From Parcubacteria group bacterium (GTDB lineage: Bacteria > Patescibacteriota > Minisyncoccia > Phycocordibacterales > Phycocordibacteraceae), in NCBI GenBank assembly GCA_028286615.1, contig JAQBRG010000003.1, positions 211,800 through 275,799 on the forward strand: a DNA stretch of 64,000 nt, written 5' to 3'. Below are positions 1 to 12,124 of this stretch, piece by piece. Under the pieces are notes generated by a model. The model worked only from the letters and a program-made list of their open reading frames with translations. It searched no databases and was not told the DNA's origin. Position 1 is the stretch's first letter. Every line of letters begins with the position of its first letter. A program made the translations under genes and the position numbers.

Positions 1-3000
1 CCACTTACCTGAGTTATTGAAGATTGCAGCAACAAGATTTGTCTCAGTGTCGAGGTCTGCTGCACGCACAACAACTGTGTTCTCCGTGTTTGTTCCTTGC
101 TCTGGTGGAGTTGTGTCCTTGGTATTTGTGAAGGTACACACACCATCATCGCCAGTTGCAAGAGTTATGCTCTGAGTGTTATTAACATCAGTTAGCACGA
201 GATCAGTACCTCCGGTGCAGGATGCGCCCGTAAGGGTCCAGCCAGTAGGTACTACTTCAGATACGTTGTAGGTACCTGTAGCAACCTCCTTAGTTGTGCT
301 GCCCGCGTGTCCGTCTCCAGTTGTTGTAATGTTTGGATTCCATGTCTCAGCACCTGTTACGTTGAAGGAGAATACTGAGTCTCCACCCACTGCATTCTTT
401 ACGATTGTAAGAGTCGTAGTGGTGTCTACTGGAGGTACGTCATCTGCACACTTCTCATTCACTACGATTACGTAGCGGTCTGAAGTTAGGCCGGTGTATG
501 TTGGCGCTGTTGCGTGAACACTGTCTGCCTGTGCTGCTGCAAGTGTCACACCTGACTTGTATCCGACAAGGCGATACTTGTCTGCCTGGCAGGTGCTGCC
601 GATAGGAAGTACTACTGATCCATCTGTATTTTCAGAGGTTGTGTAATTAGCAGGGGCGCTCATTGCAGAGGTATCTGCTGCGTACTTAAGATCTGGCTGG
701 CCATGGTAATTGCCAAGAACATAACCTGCTGTGCCCGCTCCGATGTTCGTAGCGCTCCACGTAGCCGTCATAGGGAAGGCGGGTGCCGTTGAGTCGTTAG
801 GAACCTGGGCTGTTGAGTTCTCAGTCTGAAGGTACTTGAAGATATGTACCTTGAGCGTCTCTTGTGCTGGAGGATTCTCCGTACAGTTAGCCCCGTCAAC
901 TATGAGCTTGTAGAGAAGGCCACCAGGATTAGTACCTGAGGTACCTCCCGCCTGTGGGAAGTTGTTAACCGTGAACACGAGAGTGTTAGCGCCGGCAACA
1001 AGGAGCAGAGGATTAATCGTGATTACATCCTGTCCTGAACCAGGTCCGTAATCGCCAGGTGCGCCGTAGTTGAACTCTTCAATGTCTCCGCCGATTGGTG
1101 TTCCGTTAAGCGTTACGGTGTACGCGTTGTCTGCAGCAATTTGAAGAGTTGAGCTGGCTGCTGTTGTATCAAGCCAGAAAGTCTTTGAGAAGGTCTCTGT
1201 CTTTCCTGTCTCGGTATCGGTTGAAGGGTCTTCGCCCCAGATCCAAGAGAATCCGCTAACAATTGCTGTCCAGCGAGCGTTGAGAACCGTTACGATATTT
1301 GAAGGGCTTCCGCCTTCAAGCGTCGTTGTGTTGCTACCAAGTACACACTGCTTGGTTGGCTCAGGTGCGGCTGGCTGACATGTTACGTGTACGTTGTCGA
1401 TGAATGCTCCGAGAGAATCATCTGGAGTTCCTGCATCGCGGAATGCGATACGAGTTGAAGAACTTGTTGCAACGAATGAGTAGGTCTGTGGCAACCAGTT
1501 GGTTACTCCCGTACCCGCAAGAGGACCTGCGGTTACACCGAGTACGCCGCCATGAGAGGCTTCAATAACGTTCTCGTTTGCAGCTGCGTCAGGACGTGCT
1601 GAGTAATCGAAGGCAACGGTGTAAGTCTTTCCAGGAACGGTAGTGATGTCCTGGTAAAGGTTAATCGCAGCCGGTTCGCCAGAAACAGCGCTTGTAGGGC
1701 CGCTCCAGTCTGTGTCGATTTCTGCCCACTGATTTCCATTTGAAGCTAGCCAGCCTGCTACGAGACCGTTCTTCTGAATTTCAACCTGTGCGGCGTCAGG
1801 ACGGGTGTCCCCTCCGAACGAGGTTATGGCGCCAACCCAAGTAGCGAGCCATGAGAGGCCGGTGCTGCCCGAAGCATATACGTTCCAACCTTCTGAAGTT
1901 GTTACGGTTGGTGCTTCAAAGCTTCCGTTGTTGATAAGGTTTACACCTGCTTCACAAGTACCTACAGGGGTCGCGTCTTCATTTGTATTTACAACCGTGA
2001 AGTTGTGGCTGTCTGCGTTAACTATTACTGCCTGAAGGCCAGATACGTTTGTCCAACCATCCTGATCTACTTCATCGATGGTGTAGTCGTTGAAAGGAAC
2101 ATCATCGAATGTTACACATCCGTTTTCTCCTGTTACGCCAACGTATCCTTCGTCGATATCAACGCTAAGATTGCCTGAGTTATCGCCAAACCAGCTTTCA
2201 TTCTGTGTGGTACCTGATCCGTCAAAGATACGGAAGTTTGCAGGGCCAGCTGAAGGCTGTACGAAGGACTGTGCGTAGGTGTGAGTGCTGTTATAAGGTC
2301 CCCAATTACTATTAGGGTCAAAAGCGCTGTTGATCTGAAGCTCAAGAATGTCGCTCTGGTATCCGGTGTATCCGTCCATCTGCGTTGCCCATCCATTGGT
2401 TGTTGAGTATTCAGTATCTACAATGTTTGCTCCGTTCTGGTTGCTCCATGTGCCTGTTGCAGTAGCAATGTATGACATGCCGGCTACAAGCGTGTTTGAA
2501 CTAACACCTGCTGAAGAGGTGGCAGGGACTGAAAGGCCGCTCTGCACGTGGTCTCCCTTAAGCATGAGTGTCCAACCTGAAAGAGGGTGGTGATTCTCGT
2601 CTACCTTACAGATCTTCACGTCTGCATGATGAGTTGGAGGAGGAACGGTGCCACACTCGCTACCATCGATAGTGAGTTTGTAGATAAGACCTGCTGGGTT
2701 GTGTGCGGGGTCTGAGTCGTCTGGAGTAGCTGTGTTAGTAGCTGTTGCTTCAATTGTGTTGGTGCCTGTGTGGAGAAGGGGCGTTACGTCGTATGAGTGT
2801 GTTGGATTGTAGTTGATATTGCCTGATGGGAGGTTAGCAACTTCAGTACCATTAACCTTAAGCACTACGCCATTGTCGACAGCGATTTCGATGTCAGCAT
2901 TAGTTGGAACGCTTGAAAGGCTGAAAGTACGTGTAAATACCTGGGTTTCTAGGATTGTTGGGTTAGAAACTGGGTTGTCTCCCCAAATCCATGACGCACC

Positions 3001-3543
3001 AGTAATGGTGGCCCATGCGCTGTGTACGACGCTAAGGATCTTCGCTGCACCCTTGCCTGTTACCTGTGTGCTAGTGTCGCTCACAATAGTACAAGTGCCG
3101 GATACTGGGTGTGTTGGTACACAGTCGTTTTCGGTGTACGGGAAAGGTCCATGTGCTGTAGCGTCGTATCCAACAGGAGGTGTTGGAGGAACTGTTCCTT
3201 CTGGGCAGACAGGATTTACTACTGCAGTTACATCACTAACCAATCCATTAACAGTTGGATTGGTCTCATGAGTCGGAGGAGTTGGGTCAGTTGGATGAGT
3301 GTCTCCTGTTGGATTAGTGTTTGGAGTCTCGTTTGTTGCAGGAGCATCTCCGTGTGTTACTGGTGCAACAGGGTCAACAACCACGTCTGGGGTTATTGCA
3401 GTTGTTTCAACTACATCAGGAGAAACAACCTGAGCAAGAGCATCAACTGGGAAGCTCATGGCGATAAGAGAGAACATGAGGAGGCCAGCATTGAAGGCGG
3501 CAAAGGATTTACGGAATGCCGACGTGCGAGCATCTGAATTGGT
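1..3543 (-). CDS. Large secreted cell-surface protein, partial (C-terminus lies beyond window start); signal peptide, DUF642-like beta-sandwich segment and repeated Cna-B/prealbumin-fold-like domains
   Basis: The minus-strand frame is open from ATG at 3543 to the window edge, so it has no in-window stop and is absent from the ORF track. N-terminus MTNSDARTSAFRKSFAAFNAGLLMFSLIAMSFPVDALA is signal-peptide-like. Repeats such as GCVTFDDVPFNDYTIDEVDQDGW and TGTYNVSEVVPTGWTL...CTFTNTKD resemble Cna B-type repeats. NLINNGSFEAP...W resembles the DUF642 N-terminus. The short plus-strand ORFs in this span are antisense shadows. Confidence 0.7.
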
Positions 3544-3691
3544 CATGGAAATATAAGTTATGAAGTGCGCACCACCCCTAATACCTAAAGAGCCCCTTTG
3601 CCCTTTATAGGCACATTCGTACCATTATAAACATGACGAGTCAATGAAGTTCCTTGGGTAATTTTAATGAATATTAAAGGGAAAACCAGGA

Positions 3692-4405
3692 CTAAAAGTC
3701 TTGAGTGTTGAGGAAATAGCTGCGCATTTTCTTACCATTTCTCACGTTCTCGATATGGCGCCTTAGGGAAGTTAGAGAGGATGTTTCTTTAATTTTGGCT
3801 GTAACCCAGGTTTTGTTCGTAACCTCCACCGGACCTCGCTTATGCATGAAGAGGCTAAACCAGTAATCATCCGGATTTCGAGAAAGGTTGAGTTGTTTTG
3901 AGAGATCAATTCCTTTTTTGAATGACTCTTGTATGTATTCCTTGTCCTTAGCCCAGAACGCCATGCTTGGACCCCATACCCACTCAGTTGCTCGTATTCC
4001 TTTTGATACGCACACGTACTTAAAATAGAAACTTTGAACTGAAGCTAGGATTGTTCCAGAGAAATACACTAAAGACCCGACAAGAATATTTCCATCTTTG
4101 TTGAGCGTGTCTGCCATAACCTCAATCCAATTAGGAGCTACGACAGTGTCGCCATCTGTGCATATGATCATGTCTCCAGTTACCGCAGCAATGCCTCGCA
4201 TACGAGCGTAAGCTGCGCCCGCTGGACCTTTATAGGGAAGTACGGTTATGGGAAAATCTTGGGCAATGGCGAGTGTACGGTCAGTGGAGTTATGTACAAC
4301 CAGCACCACTTCGTCTGCAGGTTTGGTTTGAGCGAGTACTGACTCTATACAGCCTTTAATACCCTCTTCTTCATTATGAGCGATTATCAAGACTGAAGTC
4401 TTCAT
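3692..4405 (-). CDS. Glycosyltransferase family 2
   Basis: LIIAHNEEEGI...DEVVLVVHNSTDRT...ICTDGDTV is the GT2 DxD-type signature. ATG at 4405 (MKTSV) is preferred over the upstream TTG of the track ORF. It overlaps the upstream stop (TAATG). Confidence 0.75.
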   Translation of the reverse strand: MKTSVLIIAHNEEEGIKGCIESVLAQTKPADEVVLVVHNSTDRTLAIAQDFPITVLPYKGPAGAAYARMRGIAAVTGDMIICTDGDTVVAPNWIEVMADTLNKDGNILVGSLVYFSGTILASVQSFYFKYVCVSKGIRATEWVWGPSMAFWAKDKEYIQESFKKGIDLSKQLNLSRNPDDYWFSLFMHKRGPVEVTNKTWVTAKIKETSSLTSLRRHIENVRNGKKMRSYFLNTQDF

Positions 4406-4689
4406 TAATTGGCACTTGTCCTGATGAGCCAAGTCCTCAACTCCGCAGCGGATTTCATGTACTGTTCTGATTCTCCCCGATCTGTTTTGACTCTAATGTA
4501 ATGGTCATTGAAATTAAACCCGCGGTCTGCAAGCATTTGCTCTACCCCCACATCATTTGCTTGTAATATTTGTCCCACGTCTGACGATGATAACTGGAGA
4601 GTCCGAATCTTTTCCAAACCTTCCTGCATCGCCTCTGCCACATCTTCAGTTGCTGTCTTCACTTTTTTCTCGAAGCCATTTTCGTTCAT
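4405..4689 (-). CDS. Hypothetical acidic protein (94 aa), likely co-transcribed with the GT2 gene
   Basis: ATG-initiated ORF whose stop overlaps the GT2 start. No recognisable family. Confidence 0.45.
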   Translation of the reverse strand: MNENGFEKKVKTATEDVAEAMQEGLEKIRTLQLSSSDVGQILQANDVGVEQMLADRGFNFNDHYIRVKTDRGESEQYMKSAAELRTWLIRTSAN

Positions 4690-4745
4690 ATAGACTTATG
4701 TTAACACTGCCTCATAAGAGAACGGACGCTAAACATCAACAGCCA

Positions 4746-4834
4746 GGCGGAGGCGGAGAGATTTGAACTCTCGAGACCCTTTCGAGCCTGCCACCTTTCC
4801 AAGGTGGTGCACTAGACCACTATGCGACGCCTCC
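4746..4834 (-). tRNA. tRNA-Ser (anticodon GGA)
   Basis: Reverse complement folds as acceptor GGAGGCG/CGCCTCC, anticodon stem CCACC/GGTGG with loop TTGGAAA (anticodon GGA), long variable arm CAGGCTCGAAAGGGTCTC typical of Ser, and T-arm GAGAG-TTCAAAT-CTCTC. Confidence 0.85.
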
Positions 4835-4859
4835 AACGTCTTGCTTTTTATAACACAAT

Positions 4860-5750
4860 CTACGCTTTCGTACCGAGAAGTGCCGCTATACGCTGTGCTG
4901 TTGGTGGGTGTGTTGCAAACAAGCGGTTAACAAACTGTCCCGCATTCCTTCCAAAAGGATTTCCAATAAAGAGATGTGCGGTTGCGTGGTTCGCCTTTCG
5001 CATGGGAATGTTCGCGTTCTCAATCTTCTGAAGCGCTGAAGCTAGGCCTTCTGGATACCTTGTTAGGAGTGCTCCGGAAGCGTCTGCGAGAAACTCTCGG
5101 CGACGAGATATGGCGAGTTGAATAAGCTGTGCGGCAATTGGCGCGAGGACCGCTGCGACAACTGCAAGTACGAGAAACAGCGCTCCACTTTTGTTATCGT
5201 CCCGGCTTCCTCCTCCAAAGTACGACATGCGCAGAAAGATGTCGGCGATTATAGCTACGAATCCAGCAAGCACAACGGCAACTGTCATAAGAAGAATGTC
5301 CTTGTTCTGCACATGTGAAAGTTCATGCGCTATAACCCCTTCGAGCTCAGGGCGCGTCATCATGGCAAGCAAACCTGTAGTTGCCGCGACAACGGCATGC
5401 TTCTCGTCCCTTCCTGTAGCAAATGCGTTAGGTGCAGGATCTTGAATAACGTAGAGCTTTGGCATCTGTATGCCGGCTGTTATGGCGAGGTTTTCTGTAA
5501 CGGTGTAGAAGTCGAAGTATTCCTCGCGCGTAGCAGGCTTTGCTCCTGTCATAGATATCGCTACTTTGTCTGAGAACCAGTAGCTCCCCACGTTCATAAT
5601 GAGCGAAAAGATAACCGCGCCGTACAAAATAGCAGGGGAGTTGTAGTACAAGGCAATTACGTATCCTAAAGCAACAACTACGAGCAGGAACCCGAGCATA
5701 AGTACCCAGGTCCTAAATACGTTCTGAGATCGTTGTTGGTAGAGATTCAT
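4860..5750 (-). CDS. htpX: Zinc metalloprotease HtpX (M48 family)
   Basis: HELSH zinc motif, N-terminal TM helices and overall HtpX-like sequence. Confidence 0.9.
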   Translation of the reverse strand: MNLYQQRSQNVFRTWVLMLGFLLVVVALGYVIALYYNSPAILYGAVIFSLIMNVGSYWFSDKVAISMTGAKPATREEYFDFYTVTENLAITAGIQMPKLYVIQDPAPNAFATGRDEKHAVVAATTGLLAMMTRPELEGVIAHELSHVQNKDILLMTVAVVLAGFVAIIADIFLRMSYFGGGSRDDNKSGALFLVLAVVAAVLAPIAAQLIQLAISRRREFLADASGALLTRYPEGLASALQKIENANIPMRKANHATAHLFIGNPFGRNAGQFVNRLFATHPPTAQRIAALLGTKA

Positions 5751-5774
5751 AATGTGAGAACCCTACGAGGGGTC

Positions 5775-6056
5775 TTAAACGTGCATCTCAAGTTCTTTGA
5801 GTCTGGTTGCGTGCTCGTTCAGTGTTGGGAGTACAACAGTATCAATAAGACGATTTGTATCTTTTACCAGTATTTCTACAGCGCCTAGACGATTCTCAAC
5901 CCTGTCAAATCGTGAATCCATGGCGCCAAAACGCGCGTCTATCGTCTCAAATCTTTCATCAACAGCGTCGAATTTCTTATCCATGTATTGCTGCATAGAA
6001 GAAAAACCTTCTGCAACCATACGAGCAAGTCCTTCAATCTCCGTTTCCTTCTCCAT
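5775..6056 (-). CDS. Hypothetical coiled-coil protein with repeated D-x-RF motifs
   Basis: ATG (MEKETEIE) at 6056. Sequence FDAVDERFETIDARFGAMDSRFDRVENRL is a heptad-like repeat. No family assigned. Confidence 0.45.
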   Translation of the reverse strand: MEKETEIEGLARMVAEGFSSMQQYMDKKFDAVDERFETIDARFGAMDSRFDRVENRLGAVEILVKDTNRLIDTVVLPTLNEHATRLKELEMHV

Positions 6057-6086
6057 ATCGCACAATTATATCACCGTTCTTTTTTC

Positions 6087-6647
6087 TTAGAAACTAACTT
6101 TCACTGGTTCCTTTGCTGCCTGTTCGCCTTCTGTGAGTTCAAAGAGTTCCATCTGCTTGAAGCCAAAGCTTCCTGCGACAATGTTGCCTGGGAATTGTTC
6201 AACAGAAGTATTGAGCTGCTGCACGGTTGAGTTGTAGAAGCGACGAGAAGCCATAATCTTGTTCTCAGTGTCTGAGAGTTCGCGCTGAAGCTCCACGAAG
6301 TTAGCGTTTGCCTTGAGGTCTGGGTATGCCTCAGACACTGCAAAGAGTGTCTTAAGAGTTCCTGTGAGCTGGTTCTCGGCTTCAGCGTGTCCTGCAACTG
6401 AAGTTGCACCCATAGCAGCAGCGCGTGCCTTGGTTACGTTCTCGAATGCAGCATTCTCATGCGTTGCGTATCCCTTAACTGTTTCAACGAGGTTAGGGAT
6501 GAGGTCATAGCGCCTTTTCATCTGTACTTCGATGTCAGACCAGGCTTCTTTTGCGCGGTTTCGGAGCCCAACGAATCCGTTGTACGCGAATATGAACCAG
6601 AGCACGATGAGAGCAATGATGCCGAGGAGGATGTAGAGGATAGTCAT
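6087..6647 (-). CDS. lemA: LemA family membrane protein
   Basis: N-terminal TM helix followed by a LemA-like sequence (RRYDLIPNLVETVKGYA...FPGN). Its neighbour is htpX, as is common. Confidence 0.85.
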   Translation of the reverse strand: MTILYILLGIIALIVLWFIFAYNGFVGLRNRAKEAWSDIEVQMKRRYDLIPNLVETVKGYATHENAAFENVTKARAAAMGATSVAGHAEAENQLTGTLKTLFAVSEAYPDLKANANFVELQRELSDTENKIMASRRFYNSTVQQLNTSVEQFPGNIVAGSFGFKQMELFELTEGEQAAKEPVKVSF

Positions 6648-6758
6648 GGGAATGTGATTTACCTTTTAAGTATAGCGTATTGTGCATTTGGTGCCATGTA
6701 TTAAGTGGTTATCCACATCACTTTAATTGAGTCTTCATATAGAGGGTATGCTTCGCGT

Positions 6759-7019
6759 ATGACCATAGAACAAATCACCGCGTTCGTTCAGAGTCCTTGG
6801 GCTCTCGTTATACTTATAGTAGTTATAATCTCCGGCGTCTGGTACTTCATAAAGGAAGGCGCAAAGGCAGCTAAGGGTGAGTTAAATGCAAAGACACCTC
6901 TAGAACTCTTTAAGACGTTTGTGTACGGCAAGCCTCTTATACTCATCTTGGTCGCTGTTGTTATCATCGGCGTAATAATGGCGGTTACCCACTACCAAAT
7001 AAGCCAGATCGGTCAGTAG
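6759..7019 (+). CDS. Small two-TM membrane protein (hypothetical)
   Basis: ATG at 6759 (MTIEQITAF...) with two hydrophobic helices. The track ORF begins at an upstream GTG. Followed by a terminator. Confidence 0.4.
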   Translation: MTIEQITAFVQSPWALVILIVVIISGVWYFIKEGAKAAKGELNAKTPLELFKTFVYGKPLILILVAVVIIGVIMAVTHYQISQIGQ

Positions 7020-7036
7020 CAGGGAAGTTACATCGC

Positions 7037-7071
7037 AAAAACCGCTCTCCATTACTAGAGAGCGGTTTTTC
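7037..7071. terminator. Bidirectional rho-independent terminator between the small membrane gene and groEL
   Basis: AAAAACCGCTCTCcattactaGAGAGCGGTTTTT: a 9-bp GC-rich stem flanked by an A-run and a T-run. Confidence 0.7.
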
Positions 7072-7088
7072 GTAAACAAATACCCTGT

Positions 7089-8765
<1,677 letters not shown>

Positions 8766-9071
8766 CTAGGAAAGTACTGCGAGGACACCTGATTCAGAGA
8801 GAATGAAGTACTCCTGGCCGTCGATCTTAACTTCGTCGAAGCCGTACTTGGAAAAGAGCACTAGATCTCCGACCTTGACGGTCATAGGGGTGGTTTTGCC
8901 GTCTTCATACTTGCCGGAGCCAACAGCGACAACCGTGCCGCGCTCTGGCTTTTCTCGGTTCGCCGAGTCGGGTATGAGGATGCCTGAGCCGGTGACGTCT
9001 TCTTTTGCGAGTGGTTTAACCACAACACGGTCTGCGAGCGGTGTAATAGATAGTCTTTCAGCTTTTGCCAT
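8766..9071 (-). CDS. groS: Co-chaperonin GroES
   Basis: 101 aa. ITPLADRVVVKP...VGSGK is GroES-like and sits immediately upstream of groEL. Confidence 0.95.
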   Translation of the reverse strand: MAKAERLSITPLADRVVVKPLAKEDVTGSGILIPDSANREKPERGTVVAVGSGKYEDGKTTPMTVKVGDLVLFSKYGFDEVKIDGQEYFILSESGVLAVLS

Positions 9072-9266
9072 ATCGAATTGTTCGCTACTAAATGCGCGAG
9101 TAATAAATTAGGTGAATTCCCTTGCCTAAAAGTTATCCACAGTTGGATAATTAAGCTAAGAATACCGGTTGCAGTCAGATATGTACACAACATGAACGTT
9201 TGACGAAGGTTATTTCAATGGTATGAATAACAAACTCATTAACCCCTGGAACTGAGGAGATCTTTC

Positions 9267-9563
9267 ATGAAAATTCGTGCGTTGGTATTGGCAGTAGTAC
9301 TGTTCCCCGCTACTGCAGGCGCCGAGACTCAACAACTGTCCCGGCTCAACATCAACAACATCCTCACCGGCAAGAACTGCGCGGTCACCAACACGGACAA
9401 CCGAAAACTTGTTTTCGTCTGCGGGAACTATGAAGAGTTCCGCAAGTCCTACCGGAACCAGCTGATGAAGTTCGTTCCGCAATACAACTTCGGCGCCATC
9501 AGTTCCTATCAAAGGGACGACGGCTACACCCGGTACGAAGTGCCGATGTCTCTGAAGAAATAG
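9267..9563 (+). CDS. Small secreted hypothetical protein (signal peptide, 2 Cys), in a GC3-rich islet
   Basis: MKIRALVLAVVLFPATAGA is a signal peptide. Codon third positions are strongly G/C, unlike the flanking groES and secG genes. Confidence 0.5.
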   Translation: MKIRALVLAVVLFPATAGAETQQLSRLNINNILTGKNCAVTNTDNRKLVFVCGNYEEFRKSYRNQLMKFVPQYNFGAISSYQRDDGYTRYEVPMSLKK

Positions 9564-9689
9564 ACCAGCTCTTGCCACCTGCCCCGGATTTCCGTTCCGG
9601 GGCTTTGCATTATATCTACGTAGATTGACAAATCATATTTTAAGACGCACTATTGTTTTAGGAAATCACCGTCTTTGGAGATCAGACGC

Positions 9690-10031
9690 ATGCTGCACCC
9701 TATCCTTTTGCTTCTCGGGCTCTTTTTGAGTTTGGTTATGTTTGTCATCATGTACAGCATTGCGTTCATGTCGGCAACAAAGAACTACAAGACAACCCCG
9801 TACGACACGCCGCCCTATGTGAAAGCATTGATTCGGCGAAACCGGTATGTGGCAGTAACCCTCCTTCTAATTGGTGTGGGCGGCCTTGTCACCTACTTGG
9901 GTCGGGACTTTCTTCAGACCCTGCCGATGCTACTCGTTCTTGCCCTGTTAATTGTCCTGTTCTTCCTTATTTCTTGCCGCGTTACCTATCTTTCCATCAA
10001 GGAAATGAGCAACCGTGACAACAAATCCTGA
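9690..10031 (+). CDS. Hypothetical polytopic membrane protein in the same GC-rich islet
   Basis: ATG at 9690 (MLHPILLLLGLFL...). The track start at 9675 is TTG. Three predicted TM helices. Confidence 0.45.
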   Translation: MLHPILLLLGLFLSLVMFVIMYSIAFMSATKNYKTTPYDTPPYVKALIRRNRYVAVTLLLIGVGGLVTYLGRDFLQTLPMLLVLALLIVLFFLISCRVTYLSIKEMSNRDNKS

Positions 10032-10116
10032 AATTGGCGCCCTCGAGGGATACACCTCGGGGGCGTAGCGTTTAGTTGCCCCGCCTCCCCTTCCGTGGTA
10101 CTGTTCCGGACACGAC

Positions 10117-10347
10117 ATGCAGATTCTTCTGGCAAACCTGCCCTACATTCAAATCGCGCTTTCGCTCCTCCTTATAGTAGGTATCGTGCTCCAGCAGCGC
10201 GGTGCTAGCCTTGGAGGTGCTTTCGGTGGCGATAACTTTGCCTCGACCTTCTACAAGCGCCGAGGTGCTGAGAAGTTCATCTTTAATGCAACTATCGTAA
10301 TTGCAATACTGTTCGTGCTGGCAGCAGTTGCTGGCTTTGTAGTCTAG
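10117..10347 (+). CDS. secG: Preprotein translocase subunit SecG
   Basis: 76 aa. Two TM helices and the SecG pattern LQQ-G-(S/G)LGGAFGG...F..RG.EK..T. Confidence 0.8.
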   Translation: MQILLANLPYIQIALSLLLIVGIVLQQRGASLGGAFGGDNFASTFYKRRGAEKFIFNATIVIAILFVLAAVAGFVV

Positions 10348-10402
10348 CGTACAGGGCTCTTTGAGCTCTGTATTGTTTCTATTTCACTCTGATTATTTAT
10401 TT

Positions 10403-12124
10403 ATGAAAGAACGGTTCTTCCGATTCATTCATCTCCTCTTTAAACGCAGAAGCGTACCGCTCCTTGAGCGGATCTCTACGTTCGCACGCAGACTTTCTCC
10501 TGGAGATAGGTTGATTGTTAATATCCTGTGCGTGCTTGTTATTAGTACGAGCATTGCGGGACTTATAACGCTTGAGCGTTCAATACTTGTAAAAGCTCCT
10601 GCGTACGGGGGAACCTTGGTAGAAGGGGTTATCGGAGCGCCCCGATTCGTGAATCCCCTACTCGCCTTCTCTGACACAGACAGAGACCTTACAGCGCTTA
10701 CCTACGCTGGGCTTATGGGTCTTGATGGGGACGGAAAGATTGTGCCGGTACTTGCTGAGAGCTACTCGGTTTCAACAGACGGACGAGACTACACCTTTGT
10801 TATACGTGCTGATGCGGTATTCCAGGACGGTACGCCGGTTACTGCAGACGACGTTGCCTTTACCGTTCAGAAAGCACAGGACCCAACACTCAAGAGTCCG
10901 CAGTACGCTAATTGGGCAAATATACGCGTTGAGGTTGAGGATGCGCGTACCGTTTCTTTCATACTTCCTAAAGCATATTCTCCATTCGTTGAAGATCTTA
11001 CGCTTGGCATCCTCCCTGCCCACCTTTGGAAGAATGTGAAGAGTGAGGAGTTCCCCTTCTCCCCTCTTATGCAGAACCCGGTTGGTGCAGGGCCGTTTAA
11101 GGTAGACCAGGTTATTCGTGAAAAGGATGGCACGGTTAAGGAGTTCCGTTTGGTTGCGTTTAAGAAATTTGCTCCAGGACGTGCATTCCTTGATGGCATA
11201 CGGTTTAAGTTCTTTGATAACTCCTCCACGCTTCGTGATGCTCTTGCCCGTGGCACCATACAAAGCGCGTACGGTGTTTCGCGTAAAGGAGTACTTCGTG
11301 CACCGTACACGCGCGTATTCGCTGTCTTCTTCAACCCTGAGGAGAAACCAGTACTGGCCCGTCTTGAGGTCCGCAAAGCGCTTTCTCTCGTTATCGATAG
11401 AGAGAAGATAGTAAACGACATGTTGGGTGGTTATGCCTCCCCTCTTAACGGTCCTGTGCCTCCTGGAAGCGGTATAGACGAGCCGGCACTCCCGGCTCCT
11501 GGTACCAGGCTCGAAGACGCCCGTGCAGTATTAACTGATGCAGGGTGGGAATTTGATGAGGAAGCTGGTGTGTGGAAGAACGCAAAGCAAAGTCTCACAC
11601 TCGATTCCATAACGCTCCGTACCTCTGATGTTCCTGAGCTCAAGACCATTGCAAGTCTTGTTCGTGAGGAATGGATAGAACTTGGTGTTCCGACAACACT
11701 CGAACTCTACGAACCGGGAGATCTGACCCAGAATGTTATTCGTCCCCGCAAATACGATGCGCTTCTCTTCGGTATGGTTGTGGGACGTGAGCGAGATCTG
11801 TTTGCGTTCTGGGACTCAAGCGAGCGAACAGACCCGGGTCTTAACATTGCCGGATATACAAACAGGACCGTTGACGGCCTCTTGAGCGCTCTGCGTGAGA
11901 GCACTGACCCGGCAACAGTCCAGGACTCCCTCCAGCAGGCCAGCGACCTTATATCCGCTGATTACCCCGCGGCCTTTACTCATGCACCTGAGTTCCTGTA
12001 TGCTGTACCACAAGGACTGGAGGGCGTTCGCCTTCCGCAGATAACCTCGCCTTCGGACCGCTTTGCCTCAGTTGCAAGCTGGCATACCCGAAGCGAATAC
12101 ATCTGGCCATTCTTGGCACGATAA
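10403..12124 (+). CDS. ABC transporter substrate-binding protein, family 5 (oligopeptide/nickel type), membrane-anchored
   Basis: ATG at 10403. SBP_bac_5-like segments (LAESYSVSTDGRDYTFVIRADAVFQDGTPVTADDV). N-terminal TM anchor. Confidence 0.8.
   Translation: MKERFFRFIHLLFKRRSVPLLERISTFARRLSPGDRLIVNILCVLVISTSIAGLITLERSILVKAPAYGGTLVEGVIGAPRFVNPLLAFSDTDRDLTALTYAGLMGLDGDGKIVPVLAESYSVSTDGRDYTFVIRADAVFQDGTPVTADDVAFTVQKAQDPTLKSPQYANWANIRVEVEDARTVSFILPKAYSPFVEDLTLGILPAHLWKNVKSEEFPFSPLMQNPVGAGPFKVDQVIREKDGTVKEFRLVAFKKFAPGRAFLDGIRFKFFDNSSTLRDALARGTIQSAYGVSRKGVLRAPYTRVFAVFFNPEEKPVLARLEVRKALSLVIDREKIVNDMLGGYASPLNGPVPPGSGIDEPALPAPGTRLEDARAVLTDAGWEFDEEAGVWKNAKQSLTLDSITLRTSDVPELKTIASLVREEWIELGVPTTLELYEPGDLTQNVIRPRKYDALLFGMVVGRERDLFAFWDSSERTDPGLNIAGYTNRTVDGLLSALRESTDPATVQDSLQQASDLISADYPAAFTHAPEFLYAVPQGLEGVRLPQITSPSDRFASVASWHTRSEYIWPFLAR

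Noticed and set aside
1805-3537. Plus-strand ORFs (76-171 aa) inside the first 3.5 kb
   Set aside because: They lie antisense to a continuous >1,180-codon minus-strand frame with clear protein-like repeats and a signal peptide, so they are shadow ORFs.
9132-9150. Perfect DnaA box TTATCCACA with an inverted near-copy (TTGGATAA) upstream of groES. Further perfect boxes occur at 6709-6717 and 23432-23440.
   Set aside because: Three 9-mers in 64 kb is only mildly above chance. No dnaA or dnaN, AT-rich DUE or box cluster is present, so it is not called as oriC. It could be DnaA-dependent regulation.
9072-9266. Searched for a CIRCE/HrcA operator (TTAGCACTC-N9-GAGTGCTAA) upstream of groES
   Set aside because: No match to either half-site in the groES upstream region. 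The operon may use a different heat-shock control, but absence cannot be proven by eye.
10772-11421. 163- and 184-aa minus-strand ORFs
   Set aside because: They are antisense to the family-5 substrate-binding protein gene and have no start context.
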